DNA of 64,000 bases, taken from the NCBI GenBank assembly GCA_028534125.1, contig CM052817.1, positions 97,590,001 through 97,654,000 on the forward strand, in the 5' to 3' direction. The notes beneath the pieces are model-generated. The model ran no database searches and was not told where the DNA came from. It saw nothing but the letters and a program-made list of their open reading frames with translations. The translations under genes and the position numbers were made by a program. This DNA comes from Lama glama. Lineage: Eukaryota. Position 1 is the stretch's first letter. Every line of letters begins with the position of its first letter. Of this stretch, positions 62,131 to 64,000 are shown in pieces.

Positions 62131-62517
62131 CTGGAAGCTCAGGGTTCAACTCGCGCCTTCTTTTTTACCTGTACAACACTGCACTTTATGGTTTGTTTTT
62201 AAATCTCAAAGTTTACTTTGGAGGAAGTCTTTTGTCAGTGTCTAGAAGGTTTTTGAGTTTTAAAAGTTATATTGTTTTTATTCTTTTACTCTGAACAAGC
62301 CATTTTCATCATCTCAGGAGCATTTCTAACTGGCCACCACAGCACAGTTCTTCATGCTGAAAGATGGAGCCCGCATCCCGATTTCCAGCCTCACTCTGCC
62401 CCAGGAGTTCTGTGGACTCCACAAACCCCTTCTAGTTGTTTCCTATGTGAAGTGCTAGGGGAGCCTATTTTTTCCACCATATTTTTTCCCTTAGGGGCTT
62501 CCCATCCAAAGAGCCTT

Positions 62518-62922
62518 GTCCTAGGTTGCGTTCTTCAGAAGCGGGTTCTGAGTCAGAGACCAGAGTGAAAGATGTGTATCATTAGCCAACACCTGTGGAA
62601 GGAAGGAGGCTTGGGCAGAGGGAGAAGTTGACTTGAAACGTTGGCCAGCCATCCCATGGGGGCTCTGGAGCTTATGTATTCTTTCAGAGTTGTTTCTCAG
62701 GAGCCAAAATGGCCAGGCCTTTATGTTGTTGCTGCAATCCGTCACTGGATGTGGTCTGTCCCTGGAAGGGCATGGCTTTGGTTGAGGAGGGCCTCCACAG
62801 CTGGAACTAGGCAACTAGAGGAATCTGGCAATAAGGGGTCCTTTGCTGGCAGCATCCCCAGCAGCTGGGATGACAATTTCTTCCTTGAAGAGGATTTGTG
62901 CATCACATCTCGACATCCACCA
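62518..62922 (-). mobile_element. LTR16-like ERVL solo LTR
   Basis: tgtcctaggttgcgttcttcagaagc...gggcagagggagaagttga...ggccaggcctttat...cactggatgtgg...cagcatccccagcagctggg...catccaccaca, with TG...CA ends. Confidence 0.8.
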
Positions 62923-62999
62923 CAAGTCTTTTGGCTAATCTGGGCCTCAAGGCATGACACAGGTATCCCACACTTTCTCTAAGTAGATACATGAATGAG

Positions 63000-63214
63000 A
63001 ATAATGGGCCCCAATAATTCTTTCTTGGGGTGGAGTGGGGATAGGAGAGGGCTGTCCCGTGCATTGTAGGATATTTAGCAGGGTCCTTGGCCTCCATCCA
63101 CTAGATGCCAGTGGCAGTCCCCCTCTTCCTCAAGTTATGACAACCAAAAATGTCTCCAAGATATTGCCAAATGTCCCTTGGTGGACAAAATTGTTCCTGG
63201 CTGAGAACCAATCT
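63000..63214. mobile_element. MER20 hAT-Charlie fossil
   Basis: gggctgtcccgtgcattgtaggatatttagcag...ccactagatgccagtggca...tgacaaccaaaaatgtctcca...tgagaacca. Confidence 0.9.
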
Positions 63215-64000
63215 GTTACATGGACTAAAGGCAAAAGTATAATTTTGATTTCCTAGTTTAAATTAGCTGATATACTTAAGCAGAAAGCAGAAAAAATATC
63301 ATCTTTTGATAATGCAAAGAAACGCTCATTCATAAATATTGTGCCAAAAGAATGATTGCTTAAGTGGTTAGGGGAAAAAGAATTCTGTGCTTCAGGGTGA
63401 AGATTACTAGGCACTAAATAACTTTGCCTGTGAATAGAATGCTACGCTTTCTTTTTTCCCAAGAGTACTGTAAATTTGCTTGGGTGCTTTTTTCTTCTCT
63501 TTCTCTCTTTCACTTAAAGATGTGAGATGGCAGATTTCACCCTTTCCCTTGCTTCTGCGATGATCTGGCTTTGGTGTAGCATGTCATCCAGGGAAGCTGT
63601 GCTCTAGGTGAGGTTATTGGGTGGAGCTGGTTTCTAACTCAATAGTTTGGTTAGTTGTAATGGAAGGTAAAAGAAAAAAGCAAATGCAAGGAATTGAAAT
63701 AAGGCATTTGTACTTCTTGCTTTTTCCTCCTCTCCAGATGTGGATGACTTCAACTTGTGTCTAGGTCTCACTTTACCATTTGATCTAAAGCTGATGTTGA
63801 TTTCTTACATATTTTTCCAAGTTTGCTCTGGGAGAGCAGTTGATGCCTTCTCCTTGTCAAGTGTAGAAGAATGAAATATGAGAAAACAGGAACTGAGGTA
63901 CAACCAAATGCTGGACATAAAGTTTCCAGAAATGTTTTCTTCATGACTGCCGAGGAGCTGACGATTAACACAACAGAATGTTTTAGGTTATGTTTCAAAT

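Noticed and set aside
62521..62982. Overlapping ORFs of 72-113 aa
   Set aside because: All lie within a GC-richer LTR16-like solo LTR.

Overview
Mammalian, AT-rich, repeat-dominated genomic DNA (intergenic or deep intronic), most likely from a camelid. The species inference rests on a short tRNA-derived SINE at 4220-4311, the 3' UTR type of the young L1s and an artiodactyl-type short Tigger1 derivative. I recognise no intact host protein-coding gene. Nearly all listed ORFs are antisense or frameshifted L1 ORF2 pieces, LTR read-through or chance ORFs. Most of the window is L1 of several ages, with a mainly minus-strand block at about 14-25 kb and a plus-strand cluster at about 32.6-53.5 kb. 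The rest includes MIR/L2/L3 relics, hAT and Tigger DNA-transposon fossils, ERVL/MaLR LTRs and one ERVL gag-pro-RT relic. The most unusual observations are: (1) a 347-bp TSD-flanked mini-L1 made only of the 5' UTR start fused to the 3' UTR end, with a junction compatible with RNA splicing; (2) a ~111-bp unique segment copied 3.8 kb away into the middle of a MER5A; (3) an L1 with a sense 5' start, an inverted ORF1-region block and a sense ORF2; (4) two inverted L1 ORF2 fragments sharing an end point and a short deletion; (5) candidate enhancers and a speculative minus-strand spliced small ORF. Repeat family names come from remembered consensus sequences, not a database search. Boundaries of old elements are approximate.
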